Of a DNA stretch of 64,000 nucleotides, positions 37,290 through 49,218 are shown in pieces. The position numbers and the translations under genes are program-made. Position 1 is the stretch's first letter. Each line of letters begins with the position of its first letter. The stretch is from Camelus dromedarius (Eukaryota), in contig NC_087436.1 of the NCBI RefSeq assembly GCF_036321535.1, positions 120,840,001 through 120,904,000 of the forward strand, read 5' to 3'. The notes beneath the pieces were generated by a model that was given only the letters and a program-made list of their open reading frames with translations, did not search any database and was not told the origin of the DNA.

Positions 37290-38400
37290 CGTCGCCGCAC
37301 ACCTGCATTAGTGCAACTTTAAAAGCAAACCAGCGGACCTTCCTCCCGACTCCACCTCCCCCTGGGCCATTCTGCAGGTCTCTGCTCCTCTTTGCAGCAA
37401 AACTCATGGAAAGCCCACTCCGAGTGTTCTCCCGTCTTGGGTCCAAGCTGGGCAAGTGAGCTCCCACCTCTCCACCAGAAACCACCTGGCGACCCCCACT
37501 CTGCCAAAGCCAGGGCCAGCTCTGCACGGCCACAGCCTCCCACCGCTGCCTGCAGGCATCGTCTCTTCCGGGATCCTGCCTTCCTCTGGCTCCCAGGTCC
37601 TGGTCCTCTTCCTGCCACTCCAGCCGCCCCCTCCCCCCACTTCCCTTCTGTTCTCTGCCCTCTTCCTTCTGACCTTTGGAGGCCAGGGCTCCGTCTTGAG
37701 CCACCTCTGCCCCTCTCTCCACAGCCCCTGCTACTCATCCCTTCTTTTTCTCATACCCTGAAGCCAAGCTGTTGCCTGTTCACTTGGCATCCAGAATTCA
37801 GAGTCTGGGCCCTCCCCTCCCCTCCGCTGTGTCCACCTGGCCCAAGCCCCCTCCGATCTCACCTGGACCACGGCAGAAGCCTGCAGCCTGCCTCCTGGCC
37901 GCTGCCCATCTGTTCTCAGGCAGTAGCCAGGGCCTTGGGAGGTGAGTTGAACCACGACCCTCCCCCCTCAAGACCCTGGAGGAACAGGAGGGAGCAGGTG
38001 CCAACATCCTCACTGCAGCCTAGGGGCCCTGCGTGGCCTGGCTCAGTGGGTGGTCAGCAGTCAGACCTCAGACCTCGTCTCCTGCCTCACACCCCCTGCC
38101 CCAGTTTCCACGCCAGCCCACTGTGCCCCCTAGACTGGGCCCGCCCTCTGTCTGAACCCCCGACCCCACATCCACGTCACTTTCTTCCTTCAAGTCTTGG
38201 CTCAGATGTCATCTTCCTGGCTGGCTCACCCCTCAAGTTCACAGAGCCCTCACACCCATGGCCTTCAGGGCACCCCCACTGTCCACTGGTCCTGGGGGAG
38301 GATGCCGTCCACAGGGCAGGGGTCTGCTTTGTTCCCCACCAGGGCCCTCGTCCAGAATGGTACTGGCAAGCTGCAGGTGCTTGGTAAGCATTTCTTTTGG
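37290..38400 (+). mobile_element. L2 relic including reverse-transcriptase motifs and 3' end
   Basis: Frames give CRSLLLFAAKLMES (cf. YRPISLLP..KLLE) and LTFGGQGSVLSHL (cf. GVPQGSVLGP); 3' end cagggcaggggtctgctttgttc..gcaggtgcttggtaagcattt. Confidence 0.75.
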
Positions 38401-40799
38401 GGGACACAGATAAACGAAAGTGTGACAAATGGTCGCCACTCAAACCCAGACAGCCAACACCCCTCAGGGACCCCAACCCCAAGCAGACTCTGAAGGGGGC
38501 TCAGGGGCTGGGTTGCCACCATCCACCAGAACCCGGAAGAGTCACGGTCGAGCAAAGTGAAAAGGCAGAGGACAGAGTCTGGAATCAAAGACGCTGACTT
38601 ACTGGGGGTGAAGTGCCCTCAGGCAGACCCTCGCGGCCGGGGTGCCAGGGTCCAAGTCCCAGCGCACTTGATGTCTGTGTGGCGGGCACGTCCCCAGGGT
38701 GCTTGACCCTGCTTCGTCATCTGTGCAGGGAGGCCAGTGTCACCTCCTCTCTGGGGGCCCTTGTGAGGCCGGAACCAGGTTCCGCACACGGAGCGCTTAG
38801 AGCCACTCGGGCCCCAACCGCCATCCCTCCTCCCCGCCAGTCGGGGGATCAGAGACCGGGAGGTTGGCCCATCCCTTGCTGGCTCTGGGGAGCTGGCTGG
38901 ACCCCCGCCTCCCCCACGCAGCCAGCCTCAGGCCAGAGCTCACGGGGAGGCCTCTCTTCCAAAGCCAGCTCTCGCTCCCTGCCCCCTACTCCTCCCCACC
39001 CCCACCCCCACTGCCTGGACCCCCTGCCCGTGGACAACCTGCCCCATCTAGTTGCCAGCAGCTAAAGGAGGCTGAGCGCAGGCTGGCTCTGCCTGTGACT
39101 CCCCCAGGAGGGCCCCCCCTTCAAGGTCAGTCCCGCTGGACCCCCTGGAGAGGCAGGTGGGGGATGTGGGGGGAGAGCCCCACCGCTCTCCAGAGGGGAC
39201 AGCTCCCAGGCCAGCCTCTGCTGGGAAGTCTCCTTTCAACTCCCCTCCAGCCACCAGGCAGTTGGTCACCAACTGGGTGTGGAGCCCAGAGAGGCCACTG
39301 GCCAGGCTGTGTGACTGCAGAGTGACGTCTGTCGAGTCATTCAGTCAAGTTGGGCCAAAGTTTCTCCCAACAGAGGGAGGATTAAGAGGCCTCTGTCTAT
39401 GGGAGTGCTGATTAGGGGGCCGCAGACAAATAGACGGGAGGTGGGGTGGTGCCTGCAGGGCTGTGGGGCCCTGAGCTGCCCGTCCGGGCCCCCTGCCCCT
39501 CCACCTGCGTCGGCTCGTTTTGCTGAACCTCCCAGGAGGGGACAGACCCGGAGCCCCTTCCGCTGCCGGGGCTGTGATGTCAAGGGGGCAACGGGGGCCC
39601 AGCTCTCAGGGCTGTCGGAGCCTTGCGTGGTTGTAATCAGGCATCAACTCAGCGATTTGCGGAATTAATGGATTAAATCAGCACGACCTCAGGGTAGCCA
39701 AAAAAATTTTTTTAAGGATTGAGATGTGGGTTGCCTAGCGTTCATGGGACAGCCCGGGGCGGCAGGAATCAGAGGCAGGGAGGATCCTCAGCTTAAGGTG
39801 CTGGGGGATCCAGACCCTGTGCAGCTCCTGTGTCTCCGCTTCACACCTGTGCTCGTGTGATGGTCACCAACTCTGTGACCTAGTGTCCGCACCAGCCATC
39901 TCCATGACTCCCTGGGCCCCGAGGCCCCCCTGCCTCACCTGGGCGGCCCCTGCTTCCAGGTCTGTGCACGTGCTGTTCCCTCTGCTGCTCTAGCCCTTCA
40001 CCTCCAGCCCAAGGAGCGCCACCTCCAGGAAGCCACCCAGGTTGCTGCTTTCCTCAGTCACAGCCTTTTCTGGGTGTGTCTCCTTGTTGCATGTGTGGCT
40101 TCGTCTCCCTTCACATGCGGGAGCAGGACGTCTGGGGACTTGTGTGGACGGGCCTGGATCTGGTGAGGGTTTCGAGGAGGACCTGTCCTGCCTGCGAAAG
40201 GATGGAGAGGCCCTTGCACCTACAGGCACACTCACCACCCTGGCGGCTGAGCTGGGCAGGGAGGGGCTTTCAGGGGAGCAGGGCGGCTGAGGCCATCGCT
40301 GGACCTAGACGGCTGTGCTCACCTGCAGGAGAGTTCACACAAGAGGAAGATGGAGGCCTCAGTTCCCCACGGGCTGTGGGTGGCACCTGCCAGTCACTTC
40401 TCAAGCGCCCAGCACTCACACCAGAGGCTGCTCATTACTCAGGGCCGGCGGGCAGGCCTGCCCCAGCAAGAGGCTCCTGACCTGGGAGAGGGACGGAGGA
40501 AGCTGTGAGTGCCCACAGGACAGGGCTGGGGGCCACCACGGAATTCCCCATCTGGACTTGGGGAGGTTAAGTGGCCAGTCAAGGTCATGCCCTGGGACGG
40601 GCTGACTCTCACCCCTGCTCCTCCCAGACTCATCTGCTGTCCAGGGAGGACTCTGGTGGCTCCCAAGGGCTCGGTTCCCCCACTTGCGATGGGAACTTGG
40701 GGCAGAAGCTTGCTGAGGGCTCTTCCTCTCTGACAGCGAGGGCTGATGACCGCGTAGTTGGAGGGAAGGAAGGAACGCAATCTGGGTGCTCCGTTTCTC

Positions 40800-41240
40800 C
40801 TACCACCACGCAGGGGGCGCAGCAGCCCACCTGCAATTACTCACAGTCAAGATGCGAACCCGCAGGCAGAGTCCCGGGGCCTCGGAGGCCGCAGGGTCCG
40901 CAGCCGGCCTTGCGGCGCCGAGGCGGCCGGTCCTCGCCGGCATCTGCCGGTGCGCGCACATCCGCCTGGCTTTCCCCTTGCTTGTCCCGGTAACTCAGCC
41001 CCTCACGGCGCCTGGACCCGGGAGCCCGGCGCCACGCGGCAGCCGCGCTGGGCGGCCGCTCCGGGGCTGCCGGGCCGACCGCAGACCAGCTGGGCGCCCG
41101 CGGGCATGGGGGGCGGCCACACTCCTAGTGGGCGTGCTTGCACCCCAAGATCACAGGGGTCGGGGCTGCAGGGAGCCGCTCCTGGAGTGAGGCCCCACGT
41201 CCGGCAGCCCTGTGGGTCGTCACGGCCCCTGGTGGGTGAG
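40800..41240. promoter_or_regulatory. CpG-island-like segment (orphan)
   Basis: Very dense CpG (gcggcgccgaggcggccgg, tgcgcgca, gccgcgctgggcggccgc); no recognisable downstream exon. Confidence 0.5.
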
Positions 41241-41479
41241 AGGCCGGGTGAGCCCCTCATTCTGTAGCCAGGCGTCTCAGGCTCATCAGCAGACGAGCAG
41301 GGACCTGCCCAGGGTCACCCATCTCAGCCGGGGTGGAGCTGGGCCTGAACCCTCCACCTTCCGGCCTCTTCAGATCTGTTCCTCTCCCTAAACTTGGGAG
41401 CTACGGCCCGAAGCCTGACCCAAGGACAGCCAGCCTCGGTGCTGACCCCACCAGCGCGCGTCCACCAGCCCCTCCCCAC

Positions 41480-41760
41480 TCTGCGTGTCTGTTTCTGATT
41501 TCGCAGGTAGCACGTTCATTGTCGAGAACATTGGCAACATGCAAAAATATGGGGAAGAAAATAAAGATCACCTGGAACTCCCCCCGGAGATGCCTTCTGT
41601 CATCACTGTAGCTTGTACGTCCTGATCTTTCCAGATGCTCACCTGCATGAGATGAGACGTCCGTGCACATCTGCGCACAGCAGCCCAGGGGTGTGTGAAC
41701 CTGTGAGGATGCTTCAAGCTTGGGGTCCTACACCGCACGGTGTTCAGTGACGTTAGCAAG
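41480..41760 (-). mobile_element. L1ME-like 3' relic
   Basis: gttcattgtcgagaacattggcaacatgcaaaaatatggggaagaaaataaagatcacc; a similar piece lies at about 53150-53235. Confidence 0.55.
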
Positions 41761-42186
41761 GTGTCACCCCTCACCCCTCGTCAGCACCTGAAGCTCCCAA
41801 CACCTGACAGGGTCAGCACCTGATGGGCTGGGGCGGCGCCAAGGCTGAGACGAGGGGAGAAGTTAGCACACAGCGCTGACTGCACAGCCCGGGGGCCACC
41901 ATGGTTATCATCCAGGTCATGCCCACCCTCAACAGGAGGAAGGAGAACCTTCTCACCATGACCCTCCATTTGTTCACTTGTGTCTCGGGGAGGATCAGAC
42001 CTCCTGCCCAGACTGCTGGCCTTCAGCGGGTTGGACAGAGGAAAGAGGTGGCACTGCGCCCGTGTGGCACAGAGGACATGCTCTGGAAATACAGGAGCAT
42101 GACAAGTGGGCGGGGCTGACATTGGTGCCCCTGCCCACTGGTGGGCAGGTGTGTCTGTGTTCTGGGGTGGCAGAGGGGACCCTGCA

Positions 42187-42310
42187 TCCGTTAGCAATGG
42201 GCATAATAATACTGCATGACAAACAGCCCCCAAACCTCAGCAGCACAAATACCCATTAGTCAGCTCATGCATCTGCAGGGTTCCACTGACCTTGGCTGGA
42301 GGAATCTCCC
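42187..42310 (-). mobile_element. Old MLT1 (I/J-like) fragment
   Basis: ataatactgcatgacaaacagcccccaaacctcag..gctcatgcatctgcaggg..tgaccttggctgg. Confidence 0.55.
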
Positions 42311-42683
42311 AGGGCCCTTTCTGTCTGTGTGTCCCTGAGCCAGGCTGACCCCCAAGTCCAGACTGACCTCCATTTTGTGTCCCTGCCCAGTCCCTTCAGC
42401 GACCCTCCCACTGAGCCCCTCTCCTCCACCCTTGGCTGACCCACACATGGGCTTCTGGGGAGAAATGGCCTGGGGGCCCCGTCACACAGGTCCTGGGGCC
42501 GACAGGAAGGTTAACCACCAGCTCAGATCTGTATATAATGTGGAGTCCTCTTTGTTTTCATCCAGCTTTTTATTCTGAAAATATTCAAACCTACCGAATA
42601 ATGGAAAGAGTAATATAATAAACACCCACCATCACTTACGTTAACCACCCGTCACATTTGACCTCTCTCTCTCTGTATATATA

Positions 42684-43192
42684 TGTCAACTGAAATAAAG
42701 TGCACACCCTAGAAGCCGAGTTATGTGTCATTTGGTGGACTTCCTGAGGACTCGAGCCCAGAAGCAGCCTCTCAGATCACTCTGAGGGACTGTTCCCAAG
42801 GGTCAAGGGAGAAGCCAGGATATAGAGGAGCTTTTGCAACAAAGACTAAGCCGTCAGAGCGTCAGAAGATTTTTGTTAATTAAAGGGAACCAGACATCTC
42901 AAGTCAGGGAATTTAGCGCTTTTCTGCGTGTGGGCAGGTGCAAAGGTCTGGCTCACTGGAACCGTTCCTTTGATGTGCACCTCAGCTGTCCAGGGCCAGT
43001 GTCTGTTCTTTCCCATCCCGAGACCCCTGGGGGGGCCACAGTTGGAGGGGCCGCAGAGGCCGGGCTGCCTGCCTGTCCGCATCCTGAGTGCCCTCCGCTC
43101 ACTGTTGGGGTTGGTGGTGGAGGCTGATGACTCGATGGCCGCAGCACCCTTTGCTTACTGACGTGGCTGGCCATATTTTTCACTCCTAGACA
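42684..43192 (-). mobile_element. MER41-related ERV1 solo LTR (cetartiodactyl type)
   Basis: TG...CA termini (tgtcaac..tagaca), flanks tata / taca; cagcctctcagatcactctgagggactgttcccaag..aagccaggatatagagg..tcaagtcagggaatttagcgcttttct. Confidence 0.85.
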
Positions 43193-43321
43193 TACATAAG
43201 TATATATATGTATCTCCATGTTGAAAGTAAGCTACTGGCATTGTGTTTCCCCTAAAACCCAGCATACTCTCTTACCCTGAAAAATTCCACATCTGAAAGT
43301 TGAGTGTTGACACTCTGCAAT

Positions 43322-43695
43322 TATTATGGACTGAATGTCTTTGCCCCCCAGATTCACACTTTGAAGCCTTGGTCCCCAAGGCGAGGGCATTCGGCATTAG
43401 GAGGTGGGGCATTGGGTGGCTGAGTTCAGACGAGGTCCTGGGGCCCCCGTGACAGGGTTTATGCCCCATAAGAAGAGGAAGAGTGAGGAGAGAGGGCTCT
43501 CTCAGCAGGAGGGCGCTCAGCGCGGGTCGGGCGTCTGGGCCGAGCCGGGAGACTCCTCCCCGGGAAGACCCCGCCCCAGGACCCCGCCCCGCCACCCCTG
43601 GTCGCGGACGTCCGGCCTCCAGAACGTGAGGAAGAAGCTCCCGAAGGCTAAGCCCTGGGTCTGGGGCCTCCGTCCCGGCAGCCTGAGCTAAGACA
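43322..43695 (+). mobile_element. MLT1A-like MaLR LTR, GC-shifted in its 3' half
   Basis: tatggactgaatgtc..gattcacactttgaagcct..ataagaagaggaagag..ggcctccagaacgtgagg..gcagcctgagctaagaCA. Confidence 0.85.
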
Positions 43696-44244
43696 GCGTG
43701 GGTCTAATGCTAGTCCCCATTCTAATTGCCCCAATTGCCCCAAATTATGTGCCTTTTCTGTTTTCTTTAGTTGAAGATTTAATTGAGGATCTTGCCTTAC
43801 CCTTACTTGTCATTTCTCTTTAGTTCCCTTTGTCTAGAACATTCCCCGTCCTGACACCTCTGAAGTGTCCAGGCCAGGGGACTGCAGTCCTGCTTCTAAA
43901 GACAAAGCAGGAGCCAGAGGCTGGGCTCACCTCCCCGCCCCTCCCGCCCAGAGATGAGGCAGACCTGGCGCTGGAGGGACCGTCTGCAGGGAAGGGGCAC
44001 CAGGGAGTCCGGAGGCCGCCTGCCGGCTCCTGAGAAAGGGACAGAAAGACAGCAGTCAATTCAGGGGAAATGCACGCAGATTTCACCTCCTTTCTCTAAA
44101 ACGTGCTCAGGGCAATGTGACAGCTGGTTCCTCTGCTGCTCCCGGCAGCCCCAGACACACAACGAGCAGGAGGACCAGACCAGGGAGCAGGAAGACAGGC
44201 CTCTGGTACCAGCCTCCCTGCAGCCCCGGCACCCGGGCGGATTC

Positions 44245-44280
44245 TAATTGCCAGGGCTCGTTATGCAAATGAGCCATTAA
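44245..44280 (+). promoter_or_regulatory. Octamer plus homeodomain motif cluster
   Basis: TAATTG (44245), TATGCAAATGA with perfect ATGCAAAT (44263-44270), CCATTAA (44274). Confidence 0.4.
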
Positions 44281-44954
44281 CCTCTCACAGAGCTCCAGTG
44301 ACAGCTTGGGGTCACTGATGCGCTTGAGTGCTGACTTCTTTGTGAATCGGGGGGGAGCTGGTCTGCACCCCCATCCTGCAGATGAGGAGACTGAGCCTCA
44401 GAGAGGGGCGGGACCTGCACAAGGTCACCAGCTGGGAGTTGCTCAGTGTGTCCAGCGGCCAAGCGGCCGGACCTTGGGGTTAAGTGGTCAGACTGCAGGG
44501 GCACCTCACCAGAGGGGAGCGGAGGCACTGAGGGGCTTTCCCTGGAGGAGACGCTCTCTCCCAGGAAGAGTAGGGTCCTCAGGGCCTCAGAGAGGGCACT
44601 TTGGGAGAGGAGGGGAGCCCCAGGGGGCTGGGGACCGGGGTGCAGAGAGGTAGAGAAGCTTGAACTGAACTAGATGCTCTGCGCTGGGTTGCAAGAAACT
44701 AAGGTTAAATTGGACCCCTGTGCCAGGGTGGCTCTGCCGGAGTCACTGCCAATGGTGACATTTTCTCCCTGGCCACGACGGTCCCCTTCCTCTTCTGTAG
44801 GGACCAAGGGCCTTCAGGCACCGACACGTGTTCCCCTTACCCTGGGACCCCCATTGAGAGCTAGGGACAGGGTTACAGTGGCAGCCACTGTCCTGGGTCC
44901 TCCCTTGAGGCTGGCATGGAGGGGGTGTCTCTCCCAGTGAGACTGTGGGGGAGG

Positions 44955-45361
44955 TGTCGGGGAAAGCAGGGGTTAAACCACTAAAGACGACTTTTACTCA
45001 GGACCACTGCAGTAGAGGAACAAAGACGTCTACATAGAACCAGGTTAACTCCGGATGCAGCATGGACAAGTGGGGTTCACAGTCGAGGAGCAGGTGGGGT
45101 CAGAGGATGGGAGGTTACTAAGAGGGAACCTTGGGGTGAGGGGGTCTGCTCCATCCCCTGCAGGATCCTTGCTGAAGGCCCCGGGGCATCAGGCAGCCCC
45201 CAGGGTCCATGGGATGAGGAATTTGATCAGACGTCGAGGTGGGGGATTCTGGTGAAACTGACCTAGCAGGGTTCTTGCAGAAAGGATTTTAGCAGGAAGT
45301 GCACAGTCAGGCCCAGGAGTAGGTTGAGGCTGAGCAAAGTCTAGTCCAGGAGTCCTTGCCG
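44955..45361 (-). mobile_element. MER67/MER31-group ERV1 solo LTR
   Basis: gggatgaggaatttgatcagacgtcgaggtgggggattctggtgaaactgacctagcagggttcttgc..aggaagtgcacag. Confidence 0.8.
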
Positions 45362-47109
45362 GGCATCTCCTCTAGGGGCTTCCCTCTTCCCACCTGAAGG
45401 CGGAGGAGAGCAGGATGTCCCCGAGGACCCCCGGGGACTGAGGGACCGCTGGGTCACAAGGGCTGCGGGATCCCCGGGCTCAGCATCCAGGCTGGCCCCA
45501 CCTCCCCTTCAGGACTAATGCGGGGCTTCTTGTGGATTTCCCAGTGGGGTTCCTCCCACAAGGGTCAACACAAAACATACTTTGCACGTTTCTTGTTGAC
45601 CCTGTGGGCTACAATGCATCAGGGTCTGCCCCCGCAGAGGGGAGGGGAGGCCCTCCAGAGCTGCCAGGAGTGGACGGATGTGGCCCACAGGACCCCACGG
45701 ACAGCTGCACCTGTCTGCGTGTCTGTAGGATCAGCCAGGGCTCCAGGCCAGTACTGAGAAGGCCAGGGCGGCAAGAACCTGCTGCGAAGTCTGTCCATGC
45801 TCTTCATTCATTCATTAGCATCGGAAGGCTCTTCCTCCAAATACCACCCCCCGGGGGGCTGTGAATTCTGGGGGACACAGACAGTCCACAGACAGGTGAT
45901 GCTGCAATTCCCCGTCCCTCCACCTGTCACCCTCCAGGCTGCAGCACCTTGATCTCGGGGCCACGTCCCCATCCCCAGTGACAATCACAGGTCTTTGCCT
46001 GCGGGAGAGGCTTGGTCACCGCTGGAGGGCTGAGAAGAGGCTGAACGTTCTTCCTGTCCCGCCACCCATCAGGGCCTCCCTCCATGGAAAGCCCCACTCA
46101 GCCGCGAGTCCTAATTCCTTCTGCGTGGATGCCCTGAAGCTACGCGGAGGCTCCTACGTGCTGTTCTGTCCTTATCCTCCAGCCAGAGGCCCTCCCATCT
46201 GCTGGAAATCTTCTTCCTTTGAATTCAAAGAAGGTGCCTCTTGCAGGACCCTGAAGAGAGCCCCCGGAGTGCCTGCTGCTTCGGGACTGCTCCAGTCAGT
46301 ATTAGGAAGATCTGACCTGCATTTAGGGCCAACAAGGGCCTCTCTCCACCCCCGTAGGTGAGGCAGACCTTACCGCAGCGGCCTGCAGGCCCGCCTGCCC
46401 TGCTCCGAGGCGAGGGAACTGCTGCGCAGCACACTCCCTTTCCTCGGAAACACGTCTGAGGACGTCTGTGTGCGACCTATTAGAGCCAAGGCGGCTGTGA
46501 AGGGTATTTTCTTCCTCAGTCACTGAGTTATGGCCGTCCCATTGGAGTCACTCTTCGTGCTTCAGATTGATTTAGGAGCTTCATGGAGTTTGCTGAGCAC
46601 AATTCATGCTAATTGGGCCAATTCCTGAACATCATGGGGGCAACTGGCTCCTCGGGACAGAGGGTCAGAGCGAAGAAGCCGGAGCCTGGCCCACGCAGGC
46701 TCGGAAGACCCCGCGCCCCCCGGGGCTCTGGTGGTAGTTTCTTCCCTTCTAAGTTTGCTCGTTGTCGGTAGGTGAGAGCGGGTGCCACTCAGGGGCTCTT
46801 CCTCCTCACGTGACCGCCCCGACGGCCTGCAGGTCTGAGCAGCGGGCAGCCACAAACAGGCAGAGAGCTGAGCAGATTCCCTCATGTTCCAACCACGGAG
46901 GGACTGTAGAGGGCATACGAGCCCCTTGCCTGGCACATATCAGGTCCCCTAGATGCCAGCCCCCTTTCCCCCCACTGGAGGGACTGAGAGAGGGAAGAAA
47001 GTACGCTCCTGGGGGGCGGGTGGGGATGGTCTGATTCGCTTTTGCAGCATGGGCACCAGCAGGAGGCCTGGCACCTAGCAGGTGCTCGGTGTGACCTCAG
47101 GTGGGTGGC

Positions 47110-47390
47110 TTGGCCTCCGCACCTCAGGTGCCTTTTCTGTAGAATGAGGTTGATGGTCCTCCTGCCAGCATGCTCCGTCTTACATGGGAGGTAGTTGATA
47201 ATCTCAAGTCACGCGGTGCCCACCAGGTGCCCAGCGCTGTCCTGAACGCTTCCTAAGACCCCAGTTTACACTCACCGAGAATGAGGCGGTATCATTCCCC
47301 GACCTGGGAGGCGCAGGGAAGGGGAGCGACTTGGCCAGCGCGGTGCGTGGTGCAGCTGCGAGTGGAGCCCAGGCGCCCAGCTCCATGAAG
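47110..47390. mobile_element. Two MIR relics, tail-to-tail
   Basis: Plus: cctcaggtgccttttctgtagaatgagg. Minus: cccagtttacac..gaaggggagcgacttggccagcgcggtgcgtggtgcagct. Confidence 0.5.
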
Positions 47391-47994
47391 CCACAGGCTG
47401 GCTTTGGGGCAAGAATCCCCAGTCAGTGCTCGTGACCTGTGGCTCAGTGACTAGTCACTGGACACCTGCCCTGGGTCAGGCACTGCTGGGGAATCCACAC
47501 CCATGGCTGCAGCCCTGGCCCCCACGGCGGACACACGCTCCCCGAGGCGCCTCCTCCCCGGGTTCTGGTTTCGCCGGCTTCTCCGCGCTCACTTGCGTGG
47601 GCGCTCAGTCCTGCTCTAGCGCATGCAGAGCGACTCTCGTGCGTGGCGCCTGGGTTCAGGCGGGTTTTCTCCGTTCTCCTTTCCCCGCTCAGGGGCTGGT
47701 GGAGAGATGATTCGGGCACAGCATGAGCGAACCAGGCAGGCCGGCCGGGATCGGGCAGCCCAGGATGCGGAGCCCTGCCCCTCCAGGCCGCCTGCTCTGG
47801 CTCACTCCTGTCTGCCTGTCACTGTTCTGTCCTCACAGCTAAATGTGGAACCCCAGCTGGGCCAAGGGGCTGTCCCCTGCCCCATGCCCAGCACCCCAGG
47901 TCTCTCAGCCCCCAAAATAAAAGGTAATAGGGGGCTTCTGTCAGAGTCCTGCTGGCCTGAGGATGGGGAGGAGGCAGGGTCCAGAGCCAGACAA

Positions 47995-49218
47995 AGGCAT
48001 GCACCTAGAATCAAGGCGCGTGAACTGCAGGCAGGATCCACCCAAAGGATCCATGCCAAGACGCATTATCATCAAACTTCCGAAAGTTCAAGACAAAGCA
48101 AAAATCTTGAAAGCAGCCAGAGAAAAATGATGCCTGTCGAGGAAACACTTTGAGAGAAGGCAGGTTTCTCTTCATAAACCAGGCCAGAGTGAAGGAATGG
48201 CCACCCCAGAATTCGAAACCCCGAGAGAATGTCCTTCAGGAATTAAGGGGACAGCAAGGCCCTCCAAGATGAAGAGAAGCTGTGGGTGTTTGTCATCAGG
48301 GGATTTATCCTAACAGACTGGATAAAGGCAGCTCTCTGAACAGAAAATGATAAAATGAGGAACCTTGGAACATCAGGAAGGAAGGAAGACCATGAAAAGC
48401 AAAAATGTGTGTAAATAAAACAGGCCTTCCTCCTCCTCCTGAATTTTCTAAATCATGTTTGACAGTTGAAGCAAAAATTGTAACACTGTCTGACATGATT
48501 CTCAGTGCACGTGGAGGAGGTATTTAAGGCAATTATATTATAAACGTGGGGCAGCAAAAGGACCTAAAACGAGGCAATGTTTTTGTACTTCACCAAAACT
48601 GGAAAATGGTGACAGAGGTGGCCTATGACGTTATGTACGTCATGTAATAACTGTGTCAGACACGTAGAAACCCACGCAAACAGACACACTCAGCTCCACG
48701 AGGGACACATCAAAACGGAATTCAAAGTGATGTTCAGGTAACCCGCAGGAAAGCAGGGGGAAAACAGAGAAAGGAGAAACTGAGAGAATAAGCAGAGAAC
48801 CAAAAAAAAAAGGGGGGGGCAACTTAAGCCCTAGCGTATTTACAACTACATTAAATGCAAATGGTCTAGATGCACCAATTAAATGACAAGCTGACAGAGC
48901 AGACAGGAAAAATGACCCCTGCATGTGCTGTGTAAAGGAAACTCACCTCAGATATAATGAAGAGGTTTGTTGAAAGTAAATGCATGGAGAAAAATTAATC
49001 ATGCGAACGTTAATCAGAGGAACGCAGGAGTGGCCGTGTTACTGTCACACGAGTGTGCAGGCAATACTCACGTCAGGTAAAGCAGACTTCGGAGCAAAGA
49101 AAAACACCAGGCACAAGCAGGGACATACAAACGATGCAGCGATAAAAAGGTCGCTCGGCCAGGACGACACAGCCGTCTTCAGCGCACATGCACCGAACCA
49201 CAGAGCCGTAGACACGTG
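47995..49218 (+). mobile_element. L1MD-like fragment: ORF1 3' part, inter-ORF, start of ORF2 endonuclease
   Basis: cattatcatcaaacttccgaaagttcaagacaaagcaaaaatcttgaaagcagccagagaaaaa (ORF1 HIIIKL..K.KILKAARE); tacattaaatgcaaatggtctagatgcaccaattaaa (EN TLN.NGL..PIK); aaagcagacttcgga. Confidence 0.85.

Larger units (their letters stand above)
42550..43880 (-). mobile_element. L1MC4/5-like 3' relic split by two LTR insertions
   Basis: ttttattctgaaaatattcaaacctac.. (42565), ttgaaagtaagctactggcat.. (43220), tgtcatttctctttagttccctttgtctagaaca..tgaagtgtccaggccag (43810-43878). Confidence 0.6.
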
